A stretch of 64,000 nt of DNA from Tubulanus polymorphus (GCF_964204645.1 NC_134031.1:62001-126000), one strand, 5' to 3'. Positions 26,715 to 42,716 are shown, numbered from the stretch's first letter. The notes: a model not told the origin generated them from the letters alone. Program-made: numbers and translations.

Positions 26715-28908
26715 ATGAGTTTTGGAGAATTATTTCATTGTAAGAAATTACGTCGTTCTGCGAGATTAGAAATAAAAGGAATGAATGAAATAAAGAATCG
26801 ACACATTGAACAAGCTGGAGATTTAGGTTCATTTACAGTTTTACCTTTAGAATTGAAATTCATCACTTTCTCATTTCTATCCAGTAAGTATCAGAAACCC
26901 AAACCCCCTTCCCCTCCTCCCCCGCCGCCCGATCAGTAATTACATGTAAGAGTTGAAACTGTTTGAATTGTTTGTTTTTTATCCTCAGTTGAAGAACTCA
27001 GTATTTTAGCTTTAACTTCGAAACAAATGAGGAATATAGTCGAGGTTTATAGATGTTCAAAATCATCCAATCAGATTCAACCTCCAGTAACTATACACGA
27101 TATACTACTATCACATGAGACAGCTTTCATCGGGTTACAACACTTCCAACAATTAGGTATTTATTCGTTTTATTCTGTTAACATTAGTAACAAGAATTGA
27201 CATTTCAAATTGTAAGGTTGCTGATTATTTCAGGATTATTAGTGAAACGAACCACGTGTTTATATGCCACTAAAGAGAGACTGAAAATTATTGAACGAAT
27301 AATGATGCAGGTAAACAATCCCCCCTTCCCCTCCCCGAACCCCCTTCAACTCCCCGAACCCCCTCCCCCTCCCCGAACCCCCTTCCTCCCCGAACCCCCT
27401 TCCTCCCCGAACCCCCTTCCTCCCAGGAAAACCCGATAGTCCCTAAATCCATTTTCAACTGATTCACAATTCAGTCCATCGCAATTCCCCAGATTTTAGA
27501 TTTCAGAATTTTAGTAATATTTTGTATTATTTTGTAGCACATGTGTTTGTACAGTAAATCGTGTGTGAATGCTTCAATGTGTTTTAGTTTGGTTTATTTC
27601 GGTAAACTATTAAACACAATTATTGCTGGTTGGGACGACGCTGAATGTAACAGGACTTTAATTACTTTATCAAACAGTCCTTTCTCAAACATGTGGAAAT
27701 GTCTACAGTTAATCGTCAATTCTAAACCAGGTATTAATTAAATCACATCTCTTACTCCGTTACAAACAGACAAACTCTAACCTCAGTTATATCGTACATT
27801 GCCAGGGACGCATTCGGAATTAGAATCTCACGTGAGATATTTTTTCCGGCGAGTTTTTCTCGATCCGGCGAATAAACTGGAGGAACGAGGTTTGTGGTTG
27901 AGGAAGATTTTGGAAGGTTGGCCGATGGTTCATCAAGCTAGAATACTCTATATTCTATACGGTCCACTTGTTGGAGGTAATAATCCACTTCCAATCACAG
28001 GAACCCTCTAGTCAGTGGAATTGTGGAAATGTGGAAGAAGACTACATGATTACTGTTCGGTTATATTGTATATTTGTAGGTTTAATACAATGGAATGATT
28101 TAAGTGAGAATACAATCGCCAACAGGAATCAATTGTTTGTTTATTTCTCAGAATTAGGATCAGCTTTACAGTTACTCACTAATTACTGGTCCGATGATGA
28201 CGTCATCAGTGTACTAGATGAACTTACAAGTGAGTTTATATACTTTTGATCAATTATAAAAATTCTGTTTTCTAGCGGATGATTTCAGTGATAAATTTCA
28301 GTTTAAATATTTCAGACTTGCCCGAGGAATGGTTGGCTGAGAATATTTCCGCTCTACTTTTCATAACCGGGAATTCAATATCGATGAAATATTTAGGGAG
28401 TAAAGCAATAAATGGAAGAATTCAGGATATATCAGCTCTTATTACATCGTCCTGCCTGGTAAGCAGAACACCCTCCACCCCGGGGTTACACCGGCCTGCC
28501 ACCCCCGGGGTTACTTACCGGCCTGCCACCCCTTACCGACGGTAGACTAATAAGGCTTTGTCTATTTTAGGTTCACGTGAAAGCTGATAGAAGTTTATCT
28601 AATGTAATCACTTTAATTCAACAGTTGTGTAAAGTGATTGAAAACCCTGCGGAAAAAACGCGATTTTTGAACGAAGTCGTTTTGTCTTTTAAAGAGATTT
28701 TGTTGGATATTTATGAGTTTGATGAAGTTGGATCATGTAAGTTGTTTGTGGCTATGAGACCCGAGGGGCCCGGCGGGACGGGCACTCATTACAATGGTTT
28801 AATGTTTTAATTATTTCAGATGATGACAGATTCACAGATATGTCTCACATTGTTGACGCACAAACTCAATTTATGACTGAAATTATACATTTAGCATTTA
28901 AACATTGA
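26715..28908 (+). CDS. FBXO47: F-box only protein 47-like, about 9 exons
   Basis: LGSFTVLPLELKF F-box start, GLLVKRTTCLYATKERL, IIAGWDDAEC, WPMVHQARILYILYGP, PEEWLAENISALL. Confidence 0.8.
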
Positions 28909-28939
28909 GGAGTTCTCAGCACTGAGACGACGAACAGGG

Positions 28940-29550
28940 AGGTGAAACAGAACTCGACCTCCCTGAGAGGTGTTAAACAGAACTCGACCTCCCTTAGAAG
29001 TGTGAAACAGAACTCGACCTCCCTGAGAGGTGTGAAACAGAACTCGACCTCCCTGAGAGGTGTGAAACAGAACTCGACCTCCCTGAGAGGTGTGAAACAG
29101 AACTCGACCTCCCTGAGAGGTGTTAAACAGAACTCGACCTCCCTGAGAGGTGTGAAACAGAACTCGACCTCCCTGAGAGGTGTTAAACAGAACTCGACCT
29201 CCCTGAGAGGTGTGAAACAGAACTCGACCTCCCTGAGAGGTGTTAAACAGAACTCGACCTCCCTGAGAGGTGTGAAACAGAACTCGACCTCCCTGAGAGG
29301 TGTGAAACAGAACTCGACCTCCCTGAGAGGTGTGAAACAGAACTCGACCTCCCTGAGAGGTGTGAAACAGAACTCGACCTCCCTGAGAGGTGTGAAACAG
29401 AACTCGACCTCCCTGAGAGGTGTGAAACAGAACTCGACCTCCCTTAGAGGTGTGAAACAGAACTCGACCTCCCTGAGAGGTGTGAAACAGAACTCGACCT
29501 CCCTGAGAGGTGTGAAACAGAACTCGACCTCCCTGAGAGGTGTGAAACAG
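28940..29550. repeat. 30-bp minisatellite (gtgaaacagaactcgacctccctgagaggt), about 20 copies, in FBXO47 3'UTR
   Basis: Near-perfect array starting about 30 nt after the stop codon. Confidence 0.95.
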
Positions 29551-30781
29551 CTACAGCCTGACTCTATACAGTTTTAGTGATACACTGTAAATAAGATTTC
29601 TGTGATAAATGGAGTGCAATAAGATTAGCTTTCTGTTTATAATATCAATTCATTGGTGAGGGGGAGGGAGGGGGGAGGGAGGGGGAGGGGGAGGGATGAG
29701 TGGTTAAATGAATAAACATTATTTATAACGCTGCAAACTGCTATTTTCTATTGGTTTTTCTAGTGTTTGACAATAAATTATTGTTGAAATAAATTATTTA
29801 TTTGTTCATTTAAAAACACGTGTTGGTTTATTCTCCCTTTTAACAAAAATTTGACCAATCAGCTCCTTCCCCTTCAACCTACATCTCAGACTCAGAGGAT
29901 TCGCAAAGACTCCATAATCGAACAGGCAGAATTAATTAATCTATTATATAATTATTAATTACCGCATTGCTGATGTAACATAAGCTGACACGATGCACCA
30001 ATGCGCCATCTAACGTTTTTGGGATGAATTGGACTCCGGAGCATCGCGGGAACTATTTTCAACGAGTAAGTGAGATGAAATCTAAGATCTATCAAATTCT
30101 ATATCATTATCTAAACCAAACTATTTATAATCGAGAAATAGGTAATTCGCACTTCATTGGTTTCATCATTTTTGTCTCTATTGAGTATTTTAGGTAGATT
30201 AGTGAACTATTTGCTGCTGGCGATCGCACCTTTTGGCACGGATGTAAAGCGGCCTGCGTAGGGATATATTTATATTCACTTGCCACAGCAGAAAACCAGG
30301 TCCCCCTAACCTGCAACAAATCGCTACTCCCGGAAGTTAAAATATTTACTAAAATAGCAAACTAAAACCAGTGTGGAGCCAGTGTGAAATAGTGTATTTT
30401 TTAATTAAACAGTTATATTTCAGTAATTGATGGTTTCACGTTTATCCAGGTATTCGTAATTTAGTGTTTTTCATGTAATTTTGTATCTGAGAAAGATTCA
30501 TCCATGTTGCTCTCCGATGAGACTGAGTATTTAAAATTCCTAAGTGTGTGTCTCTGTAACCGCACGTACTAAATATCGACTGCTACCCGATGAAACTATA
30601 CATTATATTCAAACATCCAAATAACCTATAATTTGATGAGTGTTTATTACTCTGTCACAATGGGTATTTCTGGTTTTTGATTTGTAGAGTTAACCCACTG
30701 GGCAAGTAGGTTGAAAAAGGAATTAAAAACTAATTGGATGACGAATGATATTGAATTGTTTATTCTCCATTCAGGTCGAGT

Positions 30782-33700
30782 ATGTCCGTAGTAAACAGTA
30801 GTGGAGCTCTTTCATTGAATATAATAGCAGAATGTTCTACAACTAAAGCGAGAGTTTGCGAAATGAAATTACCGCATCAGACAGTAGATACCCCGGTGTT
30901 TATGCCAGTCGGAACTCAAGGAACTTTAAAAGGTTTAATTCCTGAACAACTCGAGAAATTAAACTGTCAAATAATTCTGGGTAATACTTACCACCTCGGC
31001 CATAGACCGGTAAGTCATTCATCAAATCACGTAAATTTTACTGTTATCAATTATCAAGTTATTTTCTGTTGTATTTTTCAGGGTCCTGAATTATTAGATA
31101 AAGCCGGTGGGCTTCATAATTTTATGAATTGGAAGCACGCATTGTTAACTGTAAGTTTAAATGTCCATAGTTTTCTGTGGGTCTTAATCAGGTTTCTGAG
31201 TTTGCTCATGTGTGAATCAGGTTTCTCAGTTTGATTTGTTTGTGTTTGATGTATTTCAGGATAGCGGAGGTTTTCAAATGGTTTCATTATTGAAATTAGC
31301 AGAAATAACGGAAGAAGGAGTTAAATTTCAATCACCTCACGATGATTCAATGATGTTATTGACTCCAGAACATTCAATGTCTATTCAAAATTCTATAGGT
31401 CAGTAGTAGTTTTAATGAGTTTGATTGTCACGTTGTAGGAGCTGATATAATGAGTTTGATTGTCACGTTGTAGGAGCTGATATAATGAGTTTGATTGTCA
31501 CGTTGTAGGAGCTGATATAATGAGTTTGATTGTCACGTTGTAGGAGCTGATATAATGAGTTTGATTGTCACGTTGTAGGAGCTGATATAATGAGTTTGAT
31601 TGTCACATTGTAGGAGCTGATATAATGGGATTGATTGTCACGTTGTAGGAGCTGATATAATGAGTTTGATTGTCACGTTGTAGGAGCTGATATAATGAGT
31701 TTGATTGTCACGTTGTAGGAGCTGATATAATGAGTTTGATTGTCACGTTGTAGGAGCTGATATAATGAGTTTGATTGTCACGTTGTAGGAGCTGATATAA
31801 TGAGTTTGATTGTCATGTTGTAGGAGCTGATATAATGAGTTTGATTGTCACGTTGTAGGAGCTGATATAATGAGTTTGATTGTCATGTTGTAGGAGCTGA
31901 TATAATGAGTTTGATTGTCACGTTGTAGGAGCTGATATAATGAGATTGATTGTCACGTTGTAGGAGCTGATATAATGAGTTTGATTGTCATGTTGTAGGA
32001 GCTGATATAATGAGTTTGATTGTCACGTTGTAGGAGCTGATATAATGAGTTTGATTGTCACGTTGTAGGAGCTGATATAATGATGCAGTTAGACGATGTA
32101 GTCCATAGTTCAACTCAAGGTGTTCGAGTTGAGGAGGCGATGAACAGGTAACACCTACACCCCCTTCCTCTCTCCCCTCAAATAATGTGTTAATTGATGA
32201 TTCTGTGTGATTGTAGATCAATTCGATGGTTGGACCGTTGTATCAAAGCTCATAAAGATACACATAAACAGAATCTATTCGCGATCATTCAAGGAGGTTT
32301 AGATGCAGAACTCAGGAAAAAATGTGCCAAAGGTAAAAACTGAGTTGAGAAATAACTGTAGATTACAGTCAGTGAAGTAAATAGTGAGATGAGTAATAGT
32401 TCTAGTCGTTGAGGTCAAACTGTGTTTAATCTATAAATAGAAATGATAAAGAGAGATGTACCGGGATTCGCTATTGGTGGATTAAGCGGCGGTGAAGAGA
32501 AAAGTCAATTTTGGAAGATGGTAACTTTATCAACAGATATACTACCTAAATGTAAACCTCGATATTTAATGGGTGTAGGGTAAGTACCTCCCTCTCCTAC
32601 CAGCAGCAGCTTACCTCTCTCGCCCTCTACTCTACTGATTGTATAGTGAATGATTCAATGTCATGTATTTTACAGATTTGCGGTTGATTTAGTCGTTTGT
32701 TGTGCTCTTGGATGTGATATGTTTGACTGTGTTTATCCAACAAGAACTGCTGTAAGTTTTTCTAGTCCCTCTCCTCTCTCTCTCTCTCTGTCTCTCCTTC
32801 CTTCTCCTTTCTCTCTATCTCTCTCCATCCCTCTCCTCCTCTTTCCCTCTCCTCTCTCTCCCTCCCTCTCCTCCCCCTCTCCCTCTGTCCCTCCCTCTCC
32901 TCTCTTCTCTCTGTCTCTCCTTCCCCTCCCCCTCTCTCTCTCCTGTCTCCCTCTGTCCCTCCCTCTCCTCCCCATCTCCCTATCGTTCTCTCTCCCTCTC
33001 CTTCCCCTCTCCCTCTGTCTATCCCTCTCTTCTCTCTGGCTCTCCTCCCCCTCCCCTCTCTCTCTCTCCTGTCTCCCTCTGTCCATCCCTCTCCTCCCCT
33101 CTCCCTATCCCTCTCCTCCCCCTCTCCCTATCCCTCTCCTCTCCCAATCCTCCCCCTCTCCCTCTGTCACTCTCCTCTCTTCTGCCCTCCATCGAACAAT
33201 GATTTTAATGTTTATATTGTAGAGATTCGGAACTGCTTTGACTCCGTCTGGAAACATGTGTTTGAAAGTGAAACAGTTTGAGAAAGATTTCCGTGCTATA
33301 GATGAGGATTGTTTGTGTAGTACATGTCGTCATTATACACGAGCTTATCTTCATTCTATAGTAACACATGAAACAGTAGCAGCACCTTTACTTACCGTGC
33401 ATAATGTCTCATATCAGGTAACACTAATAATACTTCAATCACTAACATCTAACGACCCACAGTTTTACAGTTCTGAGTTTAGATTTGACTCTGAGTTGAA
33501 AATGAATTACGTTAAAACTCAGTGTAACTCACAACTGTGCAACTAAATTCAGTAGTTCTAAATTGTAGTTCTATTGTAGTTCTATTGTAGTTTTACTGTA
33601 GTTCTATTGTTTGTGTGATTGTTTATAATTTCAGTTGAATCTAATGAAACAAGTTCGTCAGAGTATCATCGAAGATCGCTTCCCTCAATTCATTCAACAA

Positions 33701-33787
33701 TTTTTAGATAAATTATTCCCGAAAAAAGATTATCCCGATTGGGTTAGAAATGCATTGGCTTCGGTGAATGTCAAACTGGAAAGTTGA
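30782..33787 (+). CDS. QTRT1: Queuine tRNA-ribosyltransferase catalytic subunit (TGT), about 9 coding exons
   Basis: [27 protein letters not shown]|[59 protein letters not shown], Zn site CLCSTC..HN. Confidence 0.96.
31414..32082 (+). repeat. 35-bp tandem repeat made of the QTRT1 3' splice site and exon start (gagtttgattgtcacgttgtag|GAGCTGATATAAT), about 19 copies
   Basis: The last copy runs into the true exon at 32069 ([10 protein letters not shown]). Confidence 0.95.
32765..33190. repeat. Polypyrimidine (CT-rich) low-complexity tract in a QTRT1 intron
   Basis: Almost purely C/T. Confidence 0.9.
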
Positions 33788-33947
33788 TGAAAATAAATCT
33801 TTTATTTCTATTCAATATTTATTTGTTTGTCGTCTCAGCTGTTGATGTTGCGGGTTCAGGAGACAGGAGCAACACGAAGGTGTCTCGACTGTAATTTAGT
33901 TTATTCAGTGATCGCAGTTTTAACTGAAGAGAAATGGTTGCACAGAT

Positions 33948-33987
<40 letters not shown>

Positions 33988-34289
33988 AATGTGTGGAACA
34001 ACTGTGGATAATGTGTCTCTTTCTTCCACCTGTGCACGATGTCTATAGACAATTGCATACGTATCAAACAGTTTCCCAATCTGTGAAACTCTGAATAATC
34101 GTCTCCCACGGATGTACAGCTGTATCAACCCAATAGTTACCGGTCAGATTTACATAAACCTTGTTACAGTAACTCCAGGGATTTGGTCATCTGCAGTTCC
34201 CTTCAGTGGATCCTGGGAAACTGGAATTAGTTGTGGGCACACAGTGGTTTGTCTCTGGGTACTGGTGTTAGATGGGGGGGGGGGGATCC

Positions 34290-34625
34290 AACACAGTGAA
34301 CTGTCTCAGATGTGGGCACACAGTGAAATGTCTCAGATGTTTGGGCACACAGTGAACTGTCTCAGATGTGGGTACTGTAGGTAGCCTGCACAGTGAACTG
34401 TCTCAGATGTGGGCACACAGTGAACTGTCTCAGATGTGGGCACACAGTGAACTGTCTCAGATGTGGGTACACAGTGAACTGTCTCAGATGTGGGCACACA
34501 GTGAACTGTCTCAGATGTGGGCATACAGTGAACTGTCTCAGATGTGGGTACTGATGGTAGCCTGCACAGTGAACTGTCTCAGATGTGGGTACTGATGGTA
34601 GCCTGCACAGTGAACTGTCTCAGTG
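34290..34625. repeat. 27-bp minisatellite (cacagtgaactgtctcagatgtgggca)
   Basis: About 11 copies. Confidence 0.88.
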
Positions 34626-35004
34626 GTTGATGAACAGATGTTTAAGGTTTACGTGGCGCAGAATGTAATCAAACATCTGTGACTGTAATTAAGTATAAAC
34701 CTAACAATAACTGATTCATATTCATACAGCCCTTAATTCCTCCTGAACTTTGAATACCGCCAGACACACACACACGTGTGCAGCATTTAAAACTCATCCG
34801 TAATTTTACCCCAACCCTCCAATTTTAGTTATGGACACCAAACTTATTTTGTCCACCGGCATCAAGCATCCGGTTAGGCTTGGTCTTCAAACGGAGCTGG
34901 GTACAGATAAAAGTTTGGATCTCGATCTGGGCCCCTTTTTATAGTTTCCAACTAAAAGGCCAACATTGATCTTCTCTTTTTGGAACAAAATGTCGGCGTT
35001 TCAT

Positions 35005-35175
35005 AACCCTAACCACTGACCCGTAACCCTAACCCTAGGTCGGCCATAACACGTAACCCTAACCCTAATTCCTGCTGTAACCCTAACCCTAGCTAGACCG
35101 TAACCCTAACCCTAGCAGGACCCGAACCTGCGACCTCCAGCATGCCAGCCGAGCATCCTAACCACTAGGCCATAG
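35005..35175 (-). mobile_element. tRNA-derived SINE-like element with (TTAGGG)n-containing tail
   Basis: Minus strand TGGCCTAGTGGTTAGGA (A box)...CAGGTTCGGGTCCTGC (B-box-like), then TAGGGTTAGGGTTA blocks; relative at 62665-62792. Confidence 0.55.
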
Positions 35176-35414
35176 ACCTGTGGTGACTGAGGTAGTTCGT
35201 AAGTTTGTCTGGTCAATGCGGCGGGTGACCTGATGACCAGTCAGGTGTGAAGAGCCGGATAATACCCACCGACAGTAAAGCAACCTAGTCAAAATCGAAC
35301 TGATTTTAAAGACATCGGATCCTTTTATCTTGCAATAGACCCCGAAAACTCCATCATCCTCTGAACGACAACTTCTAGGAATATAATAAAGTACAGTCCA
35401 ATAGTCCCAGATCA

Positions 35415-37405
35415 TCTCAGTTCCTCGTCCTCTGATAAACTCCTGTCTATCTCTCGTGCTAAACTCCTGTCTACCTCTCAGTTCCTGATAAACTCCTGTC
35501 TACCTCTCAGTTCCTGATAAACTCCTGTCTACCTCTCAGTTCCTGATAAACTCCTGTCTACCTCTCAGTTCCTCATCCTCTGAGTGATAAACTCCTGTCT
35601 ACCTCTCAGTTCCTGATAAACTCCTGTCTACCTCTCGGTTCCTGATAAACTCCTGTCTACCTCTCAGTTCCTGATAAACTCCTGTCTACCTCTCAGTTCC
35701 TGATAAACTCCTGTCTACCTCTCAGTTCCTGATAAACTCCTGTCTACCTCTCGGTTCCTGATAAACTCCTGTCTACCTCTCAGTTCCTGATAAACTCCTG
35801 TCTACCTCTCAGTTCCTCATCCTCTGAGTGATCAACTCCTGTCTACCTCTCAGTTCCTGATAAACTCCTGTCTACCTCTCAGTTCCTGATAAACTCCTGT
35901 CTACCTCTCAGTTCCTGATAAACTCCTGTCTACCTCTCGGTTCCTGATAAACTCCTGTCTACCTCTCAGTTCCTGATAAACTCCTGTCTACCTCTCAGTT
36001 CCTCATCCTCTGAGTGATCAACTCCTGTCTACCTCTCGGTTCCTGATAAACTCCTGTCTACCTCTCAGTTCCTGATAAACTCCTGTCTACCTCTCGGTTC
36101 CTGATAAACTCCTGTCTACCTCTCAGTTCCTGATAAACTCCTGTCTACCTCTCAGTTCCTGATAAACTCCTGTCTACCTCTCAGTTCCTGATAAACTCCT
36201 GTCTACCTCTCAGTTCCTGATAAACTTCTGTCTACCTCTCAGTTCCTGATAAACTCCTGTCTACCTCTCAGTTCCTGATAAACTCCTGTCTACCTCTCAG
36301 TTCCTGATAAACTCCTGTCTACCTCTCAGTTCCTGATAAACTCCTGTCTACCTCTCGGTTCCTGATAAACTCCTGTCTACCTCTCAGTTCCTGATAAACT
36401 CCTGTCTACCTCTCAGTTCCTGATAAACTCCTGTCTACCTCTCAGTTCCTCATCCTCTGAGTGATCAACTCCTGTCTACCTCTCAGTTCCTGATAAACTC
36501 CTGTCTACCTCTCAGTTCCTGATAAACTTCTGTCTACCTCTTAGTTCCTCATCCTCTGAGTGATAAACTCCTGTCTACCTCTCAGTTCCTGATAAACTTC
36601 TGTCTACCTCTCAGTTCCTGATAAACTCCTGTCTACCTCTCGGTTCCTGATAAACTCCTGTCTACCTCTCAGTTCCTGATAAACTCCTGTCTACCTCTCA
36701 GTTCCTGATAAACTCCTGTCTACCTCTCAGTTCCTGATAAACTCCTGTCTACCTCTCAGTTCCTGATAAACTTCTGTCTACCTCTCAGTTCCTGATAAAC
36801 TCCTGTCTACCTCTCAGTTCCTGATAAACTCCTGTCTACCTCTCAGTTCCTGATAAACTTCTGTCTACCTCTCAGTTCCTGATAAACTCCTGTCTACCTC
36901 TCAGTTCCTCATCCTCTGAGTGATAAACTCCTGTCTACCTCTCAGTTCCTGATAAACTCCTGTCTACCTCTCAGTTCCTCATCCTCTGAGTGATAAACTC
37001 CTGTCTACCTCTCAGTTCCTGATAAACTCCTGTCTACCTCTCAGTTCCTCATCCTCTGAGTGATAAACTCCTGTCTACCTCTCAGTTCCTGATAAACTTC
37101 TGTCTACCTCTCAGTTCCTCATCCTCTGAGTGATCAACTCCTGTCTACCTCTCAGTTCCTGATAAACTCCTGTCTACCTCTCAGTTCCTGATAAACTCCT
37201 GTCTACCTCTCAGTTCCTGATAAACTCCTGTCTACCTCTCAGTTCCTGATAAACTCCTGTCTACCTCTCAGTTCCTGATAAACTCCTGTCTACCTCTCAG
37301 TTCCTGATAAACTCCTGTCTACCTCTCAGTTCCTCATCCTCTGAGTGATCAACTCCTGTCTACCTATTATTATTATTACCTCTTAGTTCCTCGTCCTCTG
37401 ATAAA
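35415..37405. repeat. 29-bp satellite (tcctgataaactcctgtctacctctcagt) with periodic catcctctgag insertion variants
   Basis: About 65 copies just downstream of the HSPA5 3' end. Confidence 0.95.
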
Positions 37406-38182
37406 TGAAACTATAGTTAAACAAACAAACACAATGAATTTATAAATTTATATACAAAACATTTTATTCCCAATAGAATAAATTATCATATCTTTTTTTT
37501 TATACAGTTTTTCCAGGTTTTTTATGTGCGATTCCCCAAATATTTTACCCCATCACGAAAAAAATCTTTCTCTTTTGATTCGTCAAACATTAATTTACTT
37601 TTTTAACAAAATATATCTAAACAATATTCGACAAATACTTAAGAAAAAAAAGCCAAAAAATTACATGAAACTGGAATAAAGTGAACTCGAATTAAAGTTT
37701 CTGGTTGAGAGAAGTTTCTGGAAATAATCACAACAGACAAAACTAAATACACGAAGAATTTACATGAAATAAAACTCTCAGAAATAGGAAGAATTCTGTT
37801 TGTGTTTTAAGTAGTTTTCTGATGAGTTTATAGAATGATCAGATGCCAGCGCACGGTACCAGTATCGGTTAGAACAGGTGCAGCTACACGTTAACTCTTA
37901 AATCACTGTTTAAATCTCGAGGAAAATCTAGAAACATTTCTTTTTTTAAATTTTGAATAACAATAAAATGGCAGTTGAAACGATAGTGAAACTAACTCTG
38001 ATTTTATAAACTTTCCGCTAATATTTGGTCGAAATTTTTCAGTCGAGATCAAAGAAAATTCAAAAGTGCCGATACATAGTTTCACCGTTTACGGCTAGAG
38101 GGCGCTCACACGTTTAATGAACAATGATGATATCAGATGAAATGATGCTTCATGAAAATATGAAATCCTAAAAGTCAATTTA

Positions 38183-41162
<2,980 letters not shown>

Positions 41163-41536
41163 CTCTTATTGTTGTCGTTTTACCTGCAAATTATCAACAA
41201 ATAACTATTAACTATTTGACAGTTGAAAAATCATGAATCAGGTAGGAAGGGGAGTGTGTGACTGAATGTCAAAGTCACACCGCACACCCGGTCACAGAAC
41301 CGACCGGCTGCAGCACTTTCAATCACTCTTTTCTCTCAATCCCAACCACTGCAAAAATAAAGACGATTTAAAAGTTTTAAAGATGAAACTCACCTGATAT
41401 CAGAGCGGTTTATTAATCACTTTAGACGACAGAAATGTTTAAAACACTGGTGTGAAACTGCGTGGCTGTGTTATACTGATTGAGTTGTGAGAATGAAGGG
41501 GTTTCCTCATTATATTTTACTACGTCGCCTTCAAGT

Positions 41537-41587
41537 CGTGTCCTTCGCTGATTGGATGAAATACCGGCGCTGGCGATAGTTGATTGG
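41537..41587 (-). promoter_or_regulatory. Two ER-stress-response-element-like motifs upstream of BiP
   Basis: Minus strand CCAAT-N9-ACACG (41555-41537) and CCAAT-N9-CCAGC (41587-41569), against the consensus CCAAT-N9-CCACG. Confidence 0.65.
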
Positions 41588-42159
41588 TGCAAGTGTTTCG
41601 TCAAGGAATTTCCACGTAAGTTTCCGGGATTCATGGCGTAAATTACCGAACAAAGTGCGTAATTACAATTCAAATGTAAACTTCAATTCGTATGTACACG
41701 TATAGTTTTAAGACGATAAGATAAAGATTCGATCGTCAGTGACTGACGAAATACTCGGTCACTCGATCGTAATCAGTCGTAATGACGTCATCACTGGAGA
41801 TCTGGGTCAGCTGGAGGTCAGAAACCATCATTTCCGTCTTCTCAGAATGGCCGTCAGCGGGTGTGGATGATGAATTCGTTTGCTCCGTGAATCTTTCCGC
41901 ATCCTCGCACACTGTAGGTATCTACTATTAAATTATTTCTTATATCTCATATTTATCGAGTTTACACCTAAATATCTAACGATATTGTTTTGTATCCACG
42001 AATTAACGATGTTTAAGATGTAAATTTCTTCGCGGTAATCTGTTAAGAGTTTCTGAATCGTTATGATCTATAAAACATCCTTCCAATTATCACAAATCAT
42101 GAAGTAGAATTCTGTGTAACCTCTCTGTTGTCTCTGTTCGATTGAGGGTCGTATTTTTT

Positions 42160-42239
42160 GGTACCGATGATGAATAAATTTTGCCAGATGAAACGCAATG
42201 AAATCAAAACTTAACGTTCCATATAATTACTGAGGTACC
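42160..42239 (+). ncRNA. Box C/D snoRNA, target unassigned
   Basis: ggtacc-g-ATGATGA(42167)...CTGA(42230)-ggtacc terminal stem. Confidence 0.65.
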
Positions 42240-42623
42240 TTAAACAATATCGAGGGTGTTAATCGCGAAGTAGGCTTTTTAATGGGATGTTCGGGGACTA
42301 GGGGAGGGATCTGGTGGGGTTGAAAAAGGATAGGTTTGCCAGGGTGGGTTGGTACATTGGCCGGGGTTCCTCTACAACGGTGTACAATGAGAAAAAACCA
42401 AACCGCGTCCGCACTTTCATCCTGCCTGTAATGAACAGAAAGATCTCAGGATGATAAAAAGGAAGGAAAGATGCTGCCTGGGAGTTGAAGGCTGGGGCCG
42501 GATGTGAGAACAAATGATGATTAACTTGCCCTCTCATATTCATACATGATGCTCTTTTTATTCTGATGTTCTCAATTTATCTCTAAAATCAACTCATTTC
42601 AATCTCATCAGTAGTTTCAGTAA

Positions 42624-42716
42624 CAGTGTGTTTGTAATGATGACAATAAGATGGGAATCTCTCTGTATTTCAAAAAAATGAAGATAAATTCATTGATTCT
42701 GATTCTAAACACACTG
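42624..42716 (+). ncRNA. Box C/D snoRNA, SNORD79-like
   Basis: Stem cagtgtgttt/aaacacactg, C box 42637, D box 42699; AGATGGGAATCTCTCTG matches recalled SNORD79 and pairs with 28S GAGAUUCCCA. Confidence 0.8.

Noticed and set aside
28942-29577. 211-aa KQNSTSLRGV repeat ORF, or a CRISPR-like 30-bp array
   Set aside because: Head-to-tail repeat with no unique spacers and no cas genes, in a eukaryotic 3'UTR
22712-33787. Bacterial contamination or recent HGT for fumA-like and tgt genes
   Set aside because: Both have many canonical spliceosomal introns and host-like composition
35415-37405. 29-bp array as CRISPR
   Set aside because: No spacers; simple satellite with a recurring fixed insertion
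42250-42515. Telomerase RNA, U3 or U17
   Set aside because: No CTAACCCT template, U3 box A or U17 m1/m2 motifs found
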